DNA of 64,000 nucleotides. It comes from Bythopirellula sp. Its GTDB lineage: Bacteria > Planctomycetota > Planctomycetia > Pirellulales > Lacipirellulaceae. Within the stretch, counting starts at the first letter, position 1; each line of letters starts with the position of its first letter. The position numbers and the translations under genes were made by a program. Shown here piece after piece: positions 37,774 through 47,221 of this stretch. Location of the stretch: NCBI GenBank assembly GCA_965216565.1, contig OZ244170.1:640001-704000 (forward strand). The letters run 5' to 3'. The notes beneath the pieces are model-generated. The model saw only the letters and a list, made by a program, of their open reading frames with translations. It was not told where the DNA came from and made no database searches.

Positions 37774-39807
37774 ATGGATTCTTTCTTTCGCAGCACTTTA
37801 GGCCCGTCAGGTTGGGTGATTGTCGGATTGATTCCGCCAGCCATCTTTGCGCTGTATTTCTTAAAGCTCAAGCGGCAACCCTTGGAAGTACCAAGCACCT
37901 ATTTATGGCACCGAGTGATTGAAGATTTACATGTGAACAGCCTATGGCAAAAACTTCGCAAAAGCTTGTTGTTGTTTCTCCAGCTGCTGATCATGCTGCT
38001 GGCAATATTGGCGTTGCTTAGGCCAGGGTGGCAAGGGCAGTCGCTTAGTGGTCAGCGATTCATGTTTCTCATCGACAATTCAGCCAGCATGTCTGCCACC
38101 GATGGGCCAGATGGCATCTCACGACTCCAGCAAGCTAAGAATCGCGTCAGTGCTCTGGTAGAGCAACTAGAATCAGACATGTCGGCGATGATTATCACCT
38201 TTGCCGAACAGCCCGACGTCGTGCAGGAGTTTACTAACAATCGTCGACTGCTGCGTGAAGCGCTAGATCGTATCGAGCCGACTGCGGGAAAAACCGACCT
38301 GACGGGCGCGTTGCAACTTGCCGATGGATTTGCCAATCCAGGTAAAATATACGACGAGGCAAGTGACAGTGAAATGGCGGTCACTGAGCAACAAGACGTC
38401 GAGCTTTATATCTTTAGTGACGGTCGCTTTCGAGGCGTGGAAGACTTTTCGTTAGGTAACCTGCAGCCTTTCTTTCTGCCGATTGGGACATTTGAAGCAG
38501 AAAATCTCGCCATTACCGCTCTGAATACTCGTAGGGTGGAAGATCGACCTGAACAGCAGCAGGCGTTTGTACAGGTTGCCAATCTTAGCAATGAAGATGT
38601 CAAAGCGGGTGTCGATCTATACCTCAACGACGCGTTGACCGATGCTGCGGAGTTTGAAGTGCCGGCTGGCGGCGTAGCATCCGCCACTTTTTTGCTGAGC
38701 GAACAAGCTGCCGGCAAGCTGCGCGCCCAACTTGACCTACCGGACGGCTTTCGAGATCAATTAGCTTCCGACAACACGGCCTATACTACGGTCGAAAATC
38801 GACGTGACGGACGCGTACTCTTAGTTACGCCTCGCAATAAAGCTTTGGAAGCAGCACTCTCCACTGAGCGTGCCAACCGCTTTGCTGAGGTTGAAAAGCT
38901 CTCGCCAGAGTTTTTGAGCAAACCCGAGTTTAAGCGGCAATCGCAAACCGAGAACTACGATTTGGTAATTTTCGACCAATGCGTTCCAGAAACGATGCCG
39001 CAGGCGAATACCATGTTTGTAGGGCGCGTGCCTCCTCTGGAGTCGTGGCTCGATCTTGCCTCTGCCACACCAAAGTTAGGGCCACAAATCATAGATTGGG
39101 ATCGTAGCCATCCTTTGTTGAACTTGATCGAGTTGGGGAACGTACTGATCTACAACTCGTATGTTGTTAAACCACCTTCTGGGGGACGGGTGCTTATTGA
39201 TTCTACAGATGGCCCGCTGATGGCGATCGCTCCACGGGATCGGTTTGAAGATGTGGTGTTGGGCTTAGAAATTGTTGGTCTCAATGAGAGCGGAGAATTT
39301 TCGTTTAATACGAACTGGTCCCGAAAACTCAGTTTTCCAAGCTTTTGGCTGAACGTCTTAGAGTATTTTACACAGGCCGAAGACGCCACTCAGTCTGTTA
39401 GCCCGGATAGTGTGGTAGAATTGCGTATCGACTCTCTTGTCGATCAGGTGGAGATTGTCCTTCCAGATGGTACATCCCGCAAGGTTTCCACCGAACAGCC
39501 AGGTCGGCTCGTCTTCCACGAGACAGACCAGCTTGGCATATATGAAGTGCTGGACGGTGACAACGTTGTGAAGCGATTTGCCATTAACCTGTTCGACCGC
39601 GAGGAAAGCGACATAGCCTTGGAAGTGCGACAGAATGGCGAGGATGGCGTCAAGGTGGTCGATTCGATCGAAATTGGCTTTGTCGATGTCACCGCCCAAT
39701 CGCCGAAAACGCCAGTTCGTAAGGAATTGTGGAAACCCCTCTTACTGCTGGCACTAGTGGTTTTGGTACTGGAATGGTATATCTATAATCGTCGAGTTTA
39801 CGTGTAA
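37774..39807 (+). CDS. BatA/VWA-domain membrane protein
   Basis: LYFLKLKR..VPSTYLW (BatA-type N-terminus); MIDAS DNSASM..SDG; C-terminal ELWKPLLLLALVVLVLEWYIY. Confidence 0.85.
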   Translation: MDSFFRSTLGPSGWVIVGLIPPAIFALYFLKLKRQPLEVPSTYLWHRVIEDLHVNSLWQKLRKSLLLFLQLLIMLLAILALLRPGWQGQSLSGQRFMFLIDNSASMSATDGPDGISRLQQAKNRVSALVEQLESDMSAMIITFAEQPDVVQEFTNNRRLLREALDRIEPTAGKTDLTGALQLADGFANPGKIYDEASDSEMAVTEQQDVELYIFSDGRFRGVEDFSLGNLQPFFLPIGTFEAENLAITALNTRRVEDRPEQQQAFVQVANLSNEDVKAGVDLYLNDALTDAAEFEVPAGGVASATFLLSEQAAGKLRAQLDLPDGFRDQLASDNTAYTTVENRRDGRVLLVTPRNKALEAALSTERANRFAEVEKLSPEFLSKPEFKRQSQTENYDLVIFDQCVPETMPQANTMFVGRVPPLESWLDLASATPKLGPQIIDWDRSHPLLNLIELGNVLIYNSYVVKPPSGGRVLIDSTDGPLMAIAPRDRFEDVVLGLEIVGLNESGEFSFNTNWSRKLSFPSFWLNVLEYFTQAEDATQSVSPDSVVELRIDSLVDQVEIVLPDGTSRKVSTEQPGRLVFHETDQLGIYEVLDGDNVVKRFAINLFDREESDIALEVRQNGEDGVKVVDSIEIGFVDVTAQSPKTPVRKELWKPLLLLALVVLVLEWYIYNRRVYV

Positions 39808-39833
39808 TCACCGGGCAGAAAGTCTTCATCTCG

Positions 39834-40568
39834 ATGCCAAAGTTAAAGAGCCGACCGCCTCGCAAGCGATCCAATAAACTGAAGCGCCGCAAGTCAATTC
39901 AGCGTCTCATTGAGAATGATCTCATAGAGCGCGTGAGTTCCGATGAGTATCGCCATAAAGTGAAGCGGGTCTACTCCGGGCCGAAGGGAGCACTGCTATC
40001 CACTTGCAGCACGCTCACTCTCCATGTGCCTCTTGGTGAGAGAATCTTCCGCAAACGGAAGTTTGATTTGCGGGGACTAAAATCGATTCTCGACGTAGGC
40101 AGCGGTGCCGGACAAATTGCCCAGCATCTGATCAAGTATTCAGATCCCGGCACTGAGGTCACCTGCACAGACCTTTCACATCGCATGCTGAGACGGGCTC
40201 GTCACCGGCTACAGGGCCCGGAGCCTCGTTTTGTAACCGCCGACTTGAGCCAACTTCCTTTTGACGATGGCTCGTTCGACTGCGTGACCTGTGGCTATGT
40301 GTTGGAGCATTTGCCGGACCCGAAACCGGGCTTAGCCGAAATGGCGCGGGTGCTTTCCCCAGGCGGACGAATGTTCCTGCTCACGACAGAGGATACCTTT
40401 ACTGGAGCATGGACGAGCCGTGTCTGGTACTGTCGCACATACAACCGTAAGGAACTGCTGAGTTTGTGCGAGCAAGTCGGTTTGCGCTGCAAACAAGAAA
40501 TCTGGTTCACCAAAATGCACAAGGCCATCCGTGCTGGTGGCATTTGTGTTGAGATCGTTAAAGATTAA
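39834..40568 (+). CDS. Class I SAM-dependent methyltransferase
   Basis: ILDVGSGAG, ADLSQLPFDDGSFDCV, EMARVLSPGG. Confidence 0.9.
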   Translation: MPKLKSRPPRKRSNKLKRRKSIQRLIENDLIERVSSDEYRHKVKRVYSGPKGALLSTCSTLTLHVPLGERIFRKRKFDLRGLKSILDVGSGAGQIAQHLIKYSDPGTEVTCTDLSHRMLRRARHRLQGPEPRFVTADLSQLPFDDGSFDCVTCGYVLEHLPDPKPGLAEMARVLSPGGRMFLLTTEDTFTGAWTSRVWYCRTYNRKELLSLCEQVGLRCKQEIWFTKMHKAIRAGGICVEIVKD

Positions 40569-40618
40569 CACCGACATTCATTAAGGGTCGAGCGAACTTT
40601 AACGTTCGCAATCTTAGC

Positions 40619-40957
40619 TTACTTCGGTTTCATTCTAGATTCCGTGCCTTCAATATTCTTCGTGCCCCAGCTGACGATCGCATTAATCACGGGTCGAAGT
40701 GCCTTGCCCTTCTTCGTCAAGCGGTAGGCGTCGCGTCCGCGTTGGACTGGCGAAGGGAATCGTTCAGCGAGCTTGCTTTCTACTAGCCGATTCAACCGAT
40801 CGGTAAGAATATTGGTGGCAATCTTCTCCGGCGCAGCAGCAAATTCTCGGAAATGCATCCGGCCGAGCAGCATGTCTCGAACAACGAGCAGAGTCCATTT
40901 ATCGCCGATTAGGTCGAGCGTACACGCAATCGGGCAACAAGAACGGTTTTTAGACAT
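40619..40957 (-). CDS. HxlR/DUF24 family winged-helix transcriptional regulator
   Basis: CCPIACTLDLIGDKWTLLVVRD, ILTDRL..L, YRLTKKG. Confidence 0.92.
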   Translation of the reverse strand: MSKNRSCCPIACTLDLIGDKWTLLVVRDMLLGRMHFREFAAAPEKIATNILTDRLNRLVESKLAERFPSPVQRGRDAYRLTKKGKALRPVINAIVSWGTKNIEGTESRMKPK

Positions 40958-41010
40958 AGTCGCCGCCTTTCAGAGATTCTTAATGTGCTCACTTGACTTT
41001 ATCCCATTCG

Positions 41011-41049
41011 CTTGCAAAATGCAAGTATAAGTCACTTGCAAAGTGCAAG
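41011..41049. promoter_or_regulatory. Tandem palindromic operator in the divergent HxlR / Fe-S gene spacer
   Basis: CTTGCA-AAA-TGCAAG (41011-41025) and CTTGCA-AAG-TGCAAG (41035-41049), starts 24 bp apart. Confidence 0.75.
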
Positions 41050-41081
41050 CATTTTAAGCTCCTGGCAGGAGGTTCCCGGAA

Positions 41082-42416
41082 ATGGCGAAAATAGACCAAC
41101 ATCCCACCGTTCTTAAGGTTCGTAATCAAACTGCAAATTCCACGCAGGCAGAGAAAGTTACCGCAGCCCATCTCAGAAAGATTTGCCTGGAGTGCGGTGC
41201 CGACGATGCTGGCGTCGTCTCCATCGATCGGCCAGAGCTAGACGATCAGCGGGAAGATATTCTTAGCTATGCTCCTTGGACTCGCTCGCTGCTGGCGTTC
41301 GTTTGCAAGATGAATCGCGAGCCAATCCGCAGTGCGGCCCGTTCGATGGCCAACTTGGAATTTCATCGTACAGGTGAATCGGTGAACGATATCGCGCACG
41401 ATGTTGTTGCCAGGCTGCAAGGGCAATCAATTCGTGCTACCAATCCAGCCATGGGCTTTCCTATGGAGATGGACAACTTTCCCGGCAAGAGTTGGTGCGT
41501 ATCACATAAGCCCGTTGCAGTGGCAGCCGGTTTGGGGCACATGGGTATTCATCGCAATGTGATCCACCCACAGTTTGGTAATTTTATTCTCTTAGGTACG
41601 ATTCTGCTCGACGCTGATTGTGCGTCGCAGTCTGAACCGATCGAATACAACCCGTGCCTCGAATGTAAGCTGTGTGTCGCCGCGTGTCCCGTTGGAGCAA
41701 TTTCACCCGATGGGGATTTCAATTTCAACGCCTGCTATACCCACAACTACCGGGAGTTTATGGGCGGCTTTACCGATTGGACTGAGCAACTGGTGGAGAG
41801 CCAAAGTCGCAACGAATACCGCAGTCGCGTCGACGATGCTGAATCTGCCTCAATGTGGCAAAGTCTCTCCTTTGGTGCCAATTACAAAGCGGCCTACTGC
41901 TTGTCGGTGTGCCCCGCGGGGGAAGAGGTGATTCAACCATGGCTTGACGATCGCAAATCGTTTCTAAGCGAGAACGTTCGCCCTTTGCAAGAAAAGCTGG
42001 AGAACGTCTACGTGATCCCAGGTTCGGATGCTGAGGAGCATGTCGCTCGTCGCTTTCCGCACAAAAAGGCACGACACGTGAGAGGAAGTTTGCATCCCAA
42101 AGATATTGATAGTTTCTTGAAATATATGTCGCTTCAATTTCAGCCGGGGCAATCGAAAGGGCTATCTGCAACCTACCATTTTACCTTCACAGGGTCGGAG
42201 CAGAGAGCTGCGACGATCCGGATTGATAAGCAAAAGCTCGAAGTCCAGGCTGGCCTTCAAGGCGAAGCGAATCTACACGTCAAGGCCGACAGCAAGACTT
42301 GGCTGGGGTTTTTAGGTCGCGAGAAAAACCTGGCCTGGGCGCTGCTCACGCTGAGGATTCGCCTTTGGGGCTCGCCATTGTGGCTGGTAAAGTTTGGGAA
42401 GTGTTTTCCGTCTTAG
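41082..42416 (+). CDS. QueG/reductive-dehalogenase-like Fe-S protein fused to a C-terminal SCP2 lipid-binding domain
   Basis: SHKPVAVAAGLGHMG..HPQFG (QueG/RdhA-like segment); CLECKLCVAACP; C..AAYCLSVCP. C-terminal ATYHFTFTG..IDKQKLEV..ADSKTWL..G resembles SCP2. AGGAGG RBS. Confidence 0.72.
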   Translation: MAKIDQHPTVLKVRNQTANSTQAEKVTAAHLRKICLECGADDAGVVSIDRPELDDQREDILSYAPWTRSLLAFVCKMNREPIRSAARSMANLEFHRTGESVNDIAHDVVARLQGQSIRATNPAMGFPMEMDNFPGKSWCVSHKPVAVAAGLGHMGIHRNVIHPQFGNFILLGTILLDADCASQSEPIEYNPCLECKLCVAACPVGAISPDGDFNFNACYTHNYREFMGGFTDWTEQLVESQSRNEYRSRVDDAESASMWQSLSFGANYKAAYCLSVCPAGEEVIQPWLDDRKSFLSENVRPLQEKLENVYVIPGSDAEEHVARRFPHKKARHVRGSLHPKDIDSFLKYMSLQFQPGQSKGLSATYHFTFTGSEQRAATIRIDKQKLEVQAGLQGEANLHVKADSKTWLGFLGREKNLAWALLTLRIRLWGSPLWLVKFGKCFPS

Positions 42417-42592
42417 GCTGTTAAAGTGTTTTAGAGGATTAGTACATGCACAAAGACTACCCGCTATTGCAACTTTCCGGAAAATCGGATGTGGAAGTAA
42501 CATTGGGCGATTGAATTTGTTTGGGCCACACACCATATTAAACCTTCGAATTGAACCGTTGTTTGTCCCAATACTCTCAGGAACCAATAGTT

Positions 42593-43663
42593 ATGCCACT
42601 CGGATTCGCCATCGTCGGTACTGGAATGATCAGCCGTTTTCATGCGCGGGCGATCGAGGACGTACGCGGAGCCAAGCTGGTTGCCTGCTGTGATACGGCC
42701 GCTGAGCGTGCCCAAAAGTTTGCCGATGAAGTCGGCTGTCAGCCTTATGACGACCTGAAGAAGATGCTTGCCGATCCAACAATTGACGTGGTGACGATTG
42801 CCACGCCTAGCGGTGCCCATATGGAACCGGCGGTCGCCGCTGCCAAAGCCGGCAAGCACGTAATCGTTGAAAAACCACTCGAGATCACACTCAAGCGATG
42901 CGATCGAATTATCAACGAATGCGAGAAGCAAGGGGTCAAGCTTAGTACCATTTTCCCGTCACGGTTTCACGATTCGTCAGTTCTAATGCGTAAAGCCATC
43001 GACCAGGGTCGCTTCGGTCGGCTCACATTAGGCGACGCCTATGTAAAGTGGTACCGCACTCAAGAGTATTACGATAGCGGTGCTTGGCGGGGAACCTGGA
43101 AGTTTGATGGTGGTGGGGCATTGATGAATCAGGCCGTTCACACGGTCGACTTGCTGAGCTGGCTGATGGGACCCATTGAAGAAATCCAAGCTCAAACGGC
43201 CACGCTCGCTCACAAGCGGATCGAAGTGGAAGATGTTGCTACTGCCACGCTACGCTTCAAAAGTGGTGCCCTCGGAGTGATTGAAGCAACTACAGCCGCC
43301 TACCCTGGTTATCTCAAGCGAATCGAGCTGCATGGCAGTCACGGCACTGCTGTTCTTGAGGAAGAAGATATCAAGGCCTGGGACTTTGCCAAGAAGATGC
43401 GAGGCGACGCGGCAATTGAAAAGGCAATGAAGAAGAGCAAAAGCACGGGCGGTGGTGCTGCCGACCCGTCGGCCATCGGACATAACGGACACACTATGCA
43501 GTTTCGCGATTTCGTCAAAGCTATTAAGAACGACGGCACGCCTGCCGTCGACGGCCATGAGGGCCGCAAGCCAGTGGAGATCATCCTGGCGATCTACAAA
43601 TCGGCACAAACCGGGAAACTCGTCAAGCTGCCGTTGAAGAGTGACCCCAAGCTCGGTACCTAA
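42593..43663 (+). CDS. Gfo/Idh/MocA family NAD(P)-dependent oxidoreductase
   Basis: IVGTGMI, ATPSGAH, HVIVEKP, WRGTW..DGGGALMNQAVH. Start ATG 42593. Confidence 0.92.
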   Translation: MPLGFAIVGTGMISRFHARAIEDVRGAKLVACCDTAAERAQKFADEVGCQPYDDLKKMLADPTIDVVTIATPSGAHMEPAVAAAKAGKHVIVEKPLEITLKRCDRIINECEKQGVKLSTIFPSRFHDSSVLMRKAIDQGRFGRLTLGDAYVKWYRTQEYYDSGAWRGTWKFDGGGALMNQAVHTVDLLSWLMGPIEEIQAQTATLAHKRIEVEDVATATLRFKSGALGVIEATTAAYPGYLKRIELHGSHGTAVLEEEDIKAWDFAKKMRGDAAIEKAMKKSKSTGGGAADPSAIGHNGHTMQFRDFVKAIKNDGTPAVDGHEGRKPVEIILAIYKSAQTGKLVKLPLKSDPKLGT

Positions 43664-43683
43664 ATAACTTCAAACACTCTCGA

Positions 43684-45120
43684 TTAGCCAAGGCACTTCT
43701 TCAGTAACATTTCGAGCTCTTGATCTTCCTTTGAGTCGATGCCTAGCAAATCGATGTATAGGTTGCCTTGCTTAATATGCCCGACCACTGCTGGGGTTGC
43801 CTGGCGAAGTTGCTTGGACAGCTCTTCAGTTTGCATCGAACTTGATAATGGTTTGATTTCCATCGCCCAACTATCAATTCTGTTTCCCGGGAGGGCACCC
43901 CCGCCGGCGTAGCCTTCGCTCTTGCAAGGCGAAATATTCCATTGCGTGGTGACGGTTGATAGCCGAGTTGCCAGGATCGTCGCACGTTCTTCGAGCTTTG
44001 TGATTGGTGTTCGAATCAACTTTAGAAACGGAATCTCGTCATATGCCTCGGGAGCCGATAGGCCGCGCCGATAAATTGCCAGCGTTGCCTGGAGGGCGGC
44101 GAGTGTCATCTTGTCGACCCTCAGAGCCCGACTCATAGGATGCCGAGCTAACTGCTCAATGCAATGACGCTTGCCGACAATTATGCCGGCCTGCGGACCA
44201 CCAAGCAATTTGTCGCCACTGAACAATACTAGATCTGCACCTTGCTTGACGCTTTCCGTTACCAAAGGTTCTTTAGAACCAGAGAGGGTGGAGAAGTCGG
44301 CGAGCGCGCCGGAGCCTATGTCATGAATCACTGGGAAGTCACGATCTTTGGCGAGGGGGACGAGCTCGTCGAGTGCCACTTGCTCGGTAAAACCGACCAC
44401 TTGGTAATTGCTAGTGTGGATCAACATCAGCGCACCGGTGTGCTCGTTGATAGCAGCTTCGAAGTCTTCCTTACGCGTTCGGTTTGTAGTACCAACGGCA
44501 CGAAGTTTCGCACCATAGGCGCGAAATACGTCTGGGAGACGAAAGCCGCCGCCGATTTCTATCAACTGGCCGTGGGATACGACTAGTTCTCTCCCAGTAG
44601 CAAATGCTGCCAATACCAGTCCAGTTGCACCGGCATTGTTGTTGACCACCATTGCGGCTTCAGCGCCCGTTAGTGCGCAAAGATCTTCTTCCAGTAACTC
44701 GTGGCGTCGGGTTCGATTGCCTGTGGATAAATCCAACTCTACATTGCAATAGCCTGCCGCCTGAAGCACAGCGTCGATGGCCTGCTGTGGCAAAGGAGCC
44801 CGGCCCAGGCCAGTGTGAAGTAGAATTCCTGTTCCATTGATAACGCGACGAATGACCGATTGTTCGTGCAGTTCTAAAATAGAGAGCACTTCGCCAACCA
44901 GTTCCTCAAACACTGGCAACTGGGCAGACTGCTTGTGCACCAACCGAGTTCGCCAATTGTGGAGGCAGCTTCGCGCCGCCTCCAGCACAAAATTCCTCCC
45001 ATACCGCTCGGCTGCCTCGCACAATTTGGCAGCTAAGAGCAAATCGTGGACGCTTGGAAGTTGCCTCCGGAGATCAGACTCACTAGCAGTATCAGACTTA
45101 GCCGACGTAGGTCGTGTCAT
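43684..45120 (-). CDS. selA: L-seryl-tRNA(Sec) selenium transferase
   Basis: VINGTGILLHTGLGRAP, VNNNAGA, EIGGGFRLPD, VGTTNRT, PLP-lysine motif FSGDKLLGGPQAG, RALRVDK. Confidence 0.96.
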   Translation of the reverse strand: MTRPTSAKSDTASESDLRRQLPSVHDLLLAAKLCEAAERYGRNFVLEAARSCLHNWRTRLVHKQSAQLPVFEELVGEVLSILELHEQSVIRRVINGTGILLHTGLGRAPLPQQAIDAVLQAAGYCNVELDLSTGNRTRRHELLEEDLCALTGAEAAMVVNNNAGATGLVLAAFATGRELVVSHGQLIEIGGGFRLPDVFRAYGAKLRAVGTTNRTRKEDFEAAINEHTGALMLIHTSNYQVVGFTEQVALDELVPLAKDRDFPVIHDIGSGALADFSTLSGSKEPLVTESVKQGADLVLFSGDKLLGGPQAGIIVGKRHCIEQLARHPMSRALRVDKMTLAALQATLAIYRRGLSAPEAYDEIPFLKLIRTPITKLEERATILATRLSTVTTQWNISPCKSEGYAGGGALPGNRIDSWAMEIKPLSSSMQTEELSKQLRQATPAVVGHIKQGNLYIDLLGIDSKEDQELEMLLKKCLG

Positions 45121-47083
45121 TGGATCCTTCTGGAAGTGGATTCGGTTGAATTAGGACTCTCACGTCTCCGATTCGTTTCGAAATTCCATTTTGGTCCAGA
45201 TAGCCACACAATGGAATCGCGTACTTTCGGGAAACTTCAAATGCCTCGCAGAATTGGCTAAGCGTCCACTGAGCATGCTTCTCCAGTCGCGGACCTAACT
45301 GCTCGAGGAGAAACTGTTTAGCTGTCTTGTGCAGATGCAGCCGGGCCCGTCGTGCGGCTTTTGCGCCACGAGAATCTTTATCTGGCAGTCGGACGAGTTC
45401 CCCCTGAATGACGGCAAGCTCTAGGAGGAGTTCTACGTCCTCCAGTTCGAGAGACAATTTGTCGGCCAATTCAGAAGCAGTTGGCGGAGTGAGTGCTGCC
45501 TCGTTACAGGTATCCAGAATTGTAGAAAGGTTCTCCTTTTGATGCTCAGAGAGCACCGGCTGCCAATCGGGTAGGGCCACCTGTGAGAAGTCAAACTCTA
45601 GCTGCCCCAACTCTCTGAGAAGATTCGCCAGTTGATCTATCAATTCTGGAGGATCGATCATTTTGAAATAAGAACGAATCTTGCTGAATGGAATGGTAGA
45701 TCGCGCCGGATTCTTGTCATGTTCTTTTTTTACAGATTCTAGCAGCCTTTTTTGCAACTGGTTGACTGTGTCGCGATGCAACCATCGACTATTGCTCTTT
45801 AGCTCGAAGCGGTAAAGCACGCCTTGGAGTTCCAGGTCTTTCAGTTCCGATTTGCAATCTGCCGCTCCAGAGCGGAGGGATAGTTCCTCTTTCGTCCAGG
45901 GAAGAGTTCCCGAAAGCGCAGACAGAGCAGCAATTCGCTCGGTGTCCGAACCATCTTGCAACATAGTGAGATGGGCCTGCTTCTCTTTGTCGCGAAAGTT
46001 AATGCGTGGGGCAGCTGGATCAATAATTCTACCGCCGCCGATCACATGGTTTTCCGTCAAGCTGCGTATGACAAATGCTTCACCCCAGGTAGTACTGACA
46101 GTTTCCTTCAAAAGCAATTGACCAACTTGGGATTCGCCCGAGGAGGTTAGGAGTTCGCTAGGGAGTCTTAGCAAGCCTACTGTTTCCGAGGTGCCGCTGT
46201 AGAAGCGAACCTTGGTGCGAGGCTTGAGAATACGGCTAGATACTGGGCTCGCCTGGAAATCAATAGATAGAATTTTGCTCGAGGCGATGCTCCCTGGCGT
46301 AGCAAGAATGTTCCCACGCTGCAACTCCGTGTAATGGACTCCTGCCAGATTTAGCGCGGCCCGCTGCCCTCTGCCGGCCCTGGGCAAACTTTGGCCATGG
46401 CCTTCAATACTTCGGACCGTCACGACCTTGCTGTCCGGAAAGACATGCAGCTTTTCACCACATGCTACTTCTCCGCTCGCCACGCTACCCGTAACAATCG
46501 TGCCGTGTCCTGGTGCAGTGAAGCATCGATCTATGGGCATTTTGAACTGGCCTTGTAACTTGCGAACCGGCAAGTCCTTGGCAACGTTCGCAAGCGTACA
46601 ACGCAAATTATCTATGCCTGAACCGGTTTTGGAACTAACTTCTAAGATGTGGGCATCTTGGAGAAAAGTGCCTGCGACCAAACTAGTCACATCTTCACGA
46701 ACTAGCGAGATCATGTCCTGGTCCACCAGATCAGACTTCGTGATCGCAATCGCCCCAGCTTGTACCTGCAAATGCCGGAGCACTTCAAAATGCTCGGTTG
46801 TCTGCAGCATCACGCCTTCGTCGGCGGCAACCACCAGCAGCGCCAGATCAATACCTGTCGCTCCGGCGAGCATGTTCTTCACGAACCGCTCGTGACCAGG
46901 TACGTCGACTACCCCCAGCAGCAAATCTTCGTACTCAATGGCCGCGAACCCCAAATCAACGGTCAGTCCCCGTCGTTTCTCCTCAGGTAGCCGATCAGTG
47001 TCGGTGCCGGTTAGCACTTTGATCAGCGAGGTCTTGCCGTGGTCAACATGACCTGCCGTGCCGAGTAAGAAATGTCGAACCAT
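45098..47083 (-). CDS. selB: Selenocysteine-specific elongation factor
   Basis: [45 protein letters not shown]-terminal winged helix [14 protein letters not shown]. Overlaps the selA start by 23 nt. Confidence 0.96.
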   Translation of the reverse strand: MVRHFLLGTAGHVDHGKTSLIKVLTGTDTDRLPEEKRRGLTVDLGFAAIEYEDLLLGVVDVPGHERFVKNMLAGATGIDLALLVVAADEGVMLQTTEHFEVLRHLQVQAGAIAITKSDLVDQDMISLVREDVTSLVAGTFLQDAHILEVSSKTGSGIDNLRCTLANVAKDLPVRKLQGQFKMPIDRCFTAPGHGTIVTGSVASGEVACGEKLHVFPDSKVVTVRSIEGHGQSLPRAGRGQRAALNLAGVHYTELQRGNILATPGSIASSKILSIDFQASPVSSRILKPRTKVRFYSGTSETVGLLRLPSELLTSSGESQVGQLLLKETVSTTWGEAFVIRSLTENHVIGGGRIIDPAAPRINFRDKEKQAHLTMLQDGSDTERIAALSALSGTLPWTKEELSLRSGAADCKSELKDLELQGVLYRFELKSNSRWLHRDTVNQLQKRLLESVKKEHDKNPARSTIPFSKIRSYFKMIDPPELIDQLANLLRELGQLEFDFSQVALPDWQPVLSEHQKENLSTILDTCNEAALTPPTASELADKLSLELEDVELLLELAVIQGELVRLPDKDSRGAKAARRARLHLHKTAKQFLLEQLGPRLEKHAQWTLSQFCEAFEVSRKYAIPLCGYLDQNGISKRIGDVRVLIQPNPLPEGSNDTTYVG

Positions 47084-47221
47084 AGGAATTTAATACTAAT
47101 TCTGCAGCCCTGATTGATCAAAGCGGCCAGTAGGAAACACGCACCTGTCTAGGTTATCATACAACCTGAAGCCAACAAGGAACACTGAACGCTGGCATTC
47201 GCAGGCCGAGCAAAAAAATTC

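Noticed and set aside
41082..42416. Direct call as queG or as a respiratory reductive dehalogenase
   Set aside because: There is no Tat signal or rdhB anchor gene, the second Cys motif is incomplete, and the SCP2 fusion is not part of QueG.
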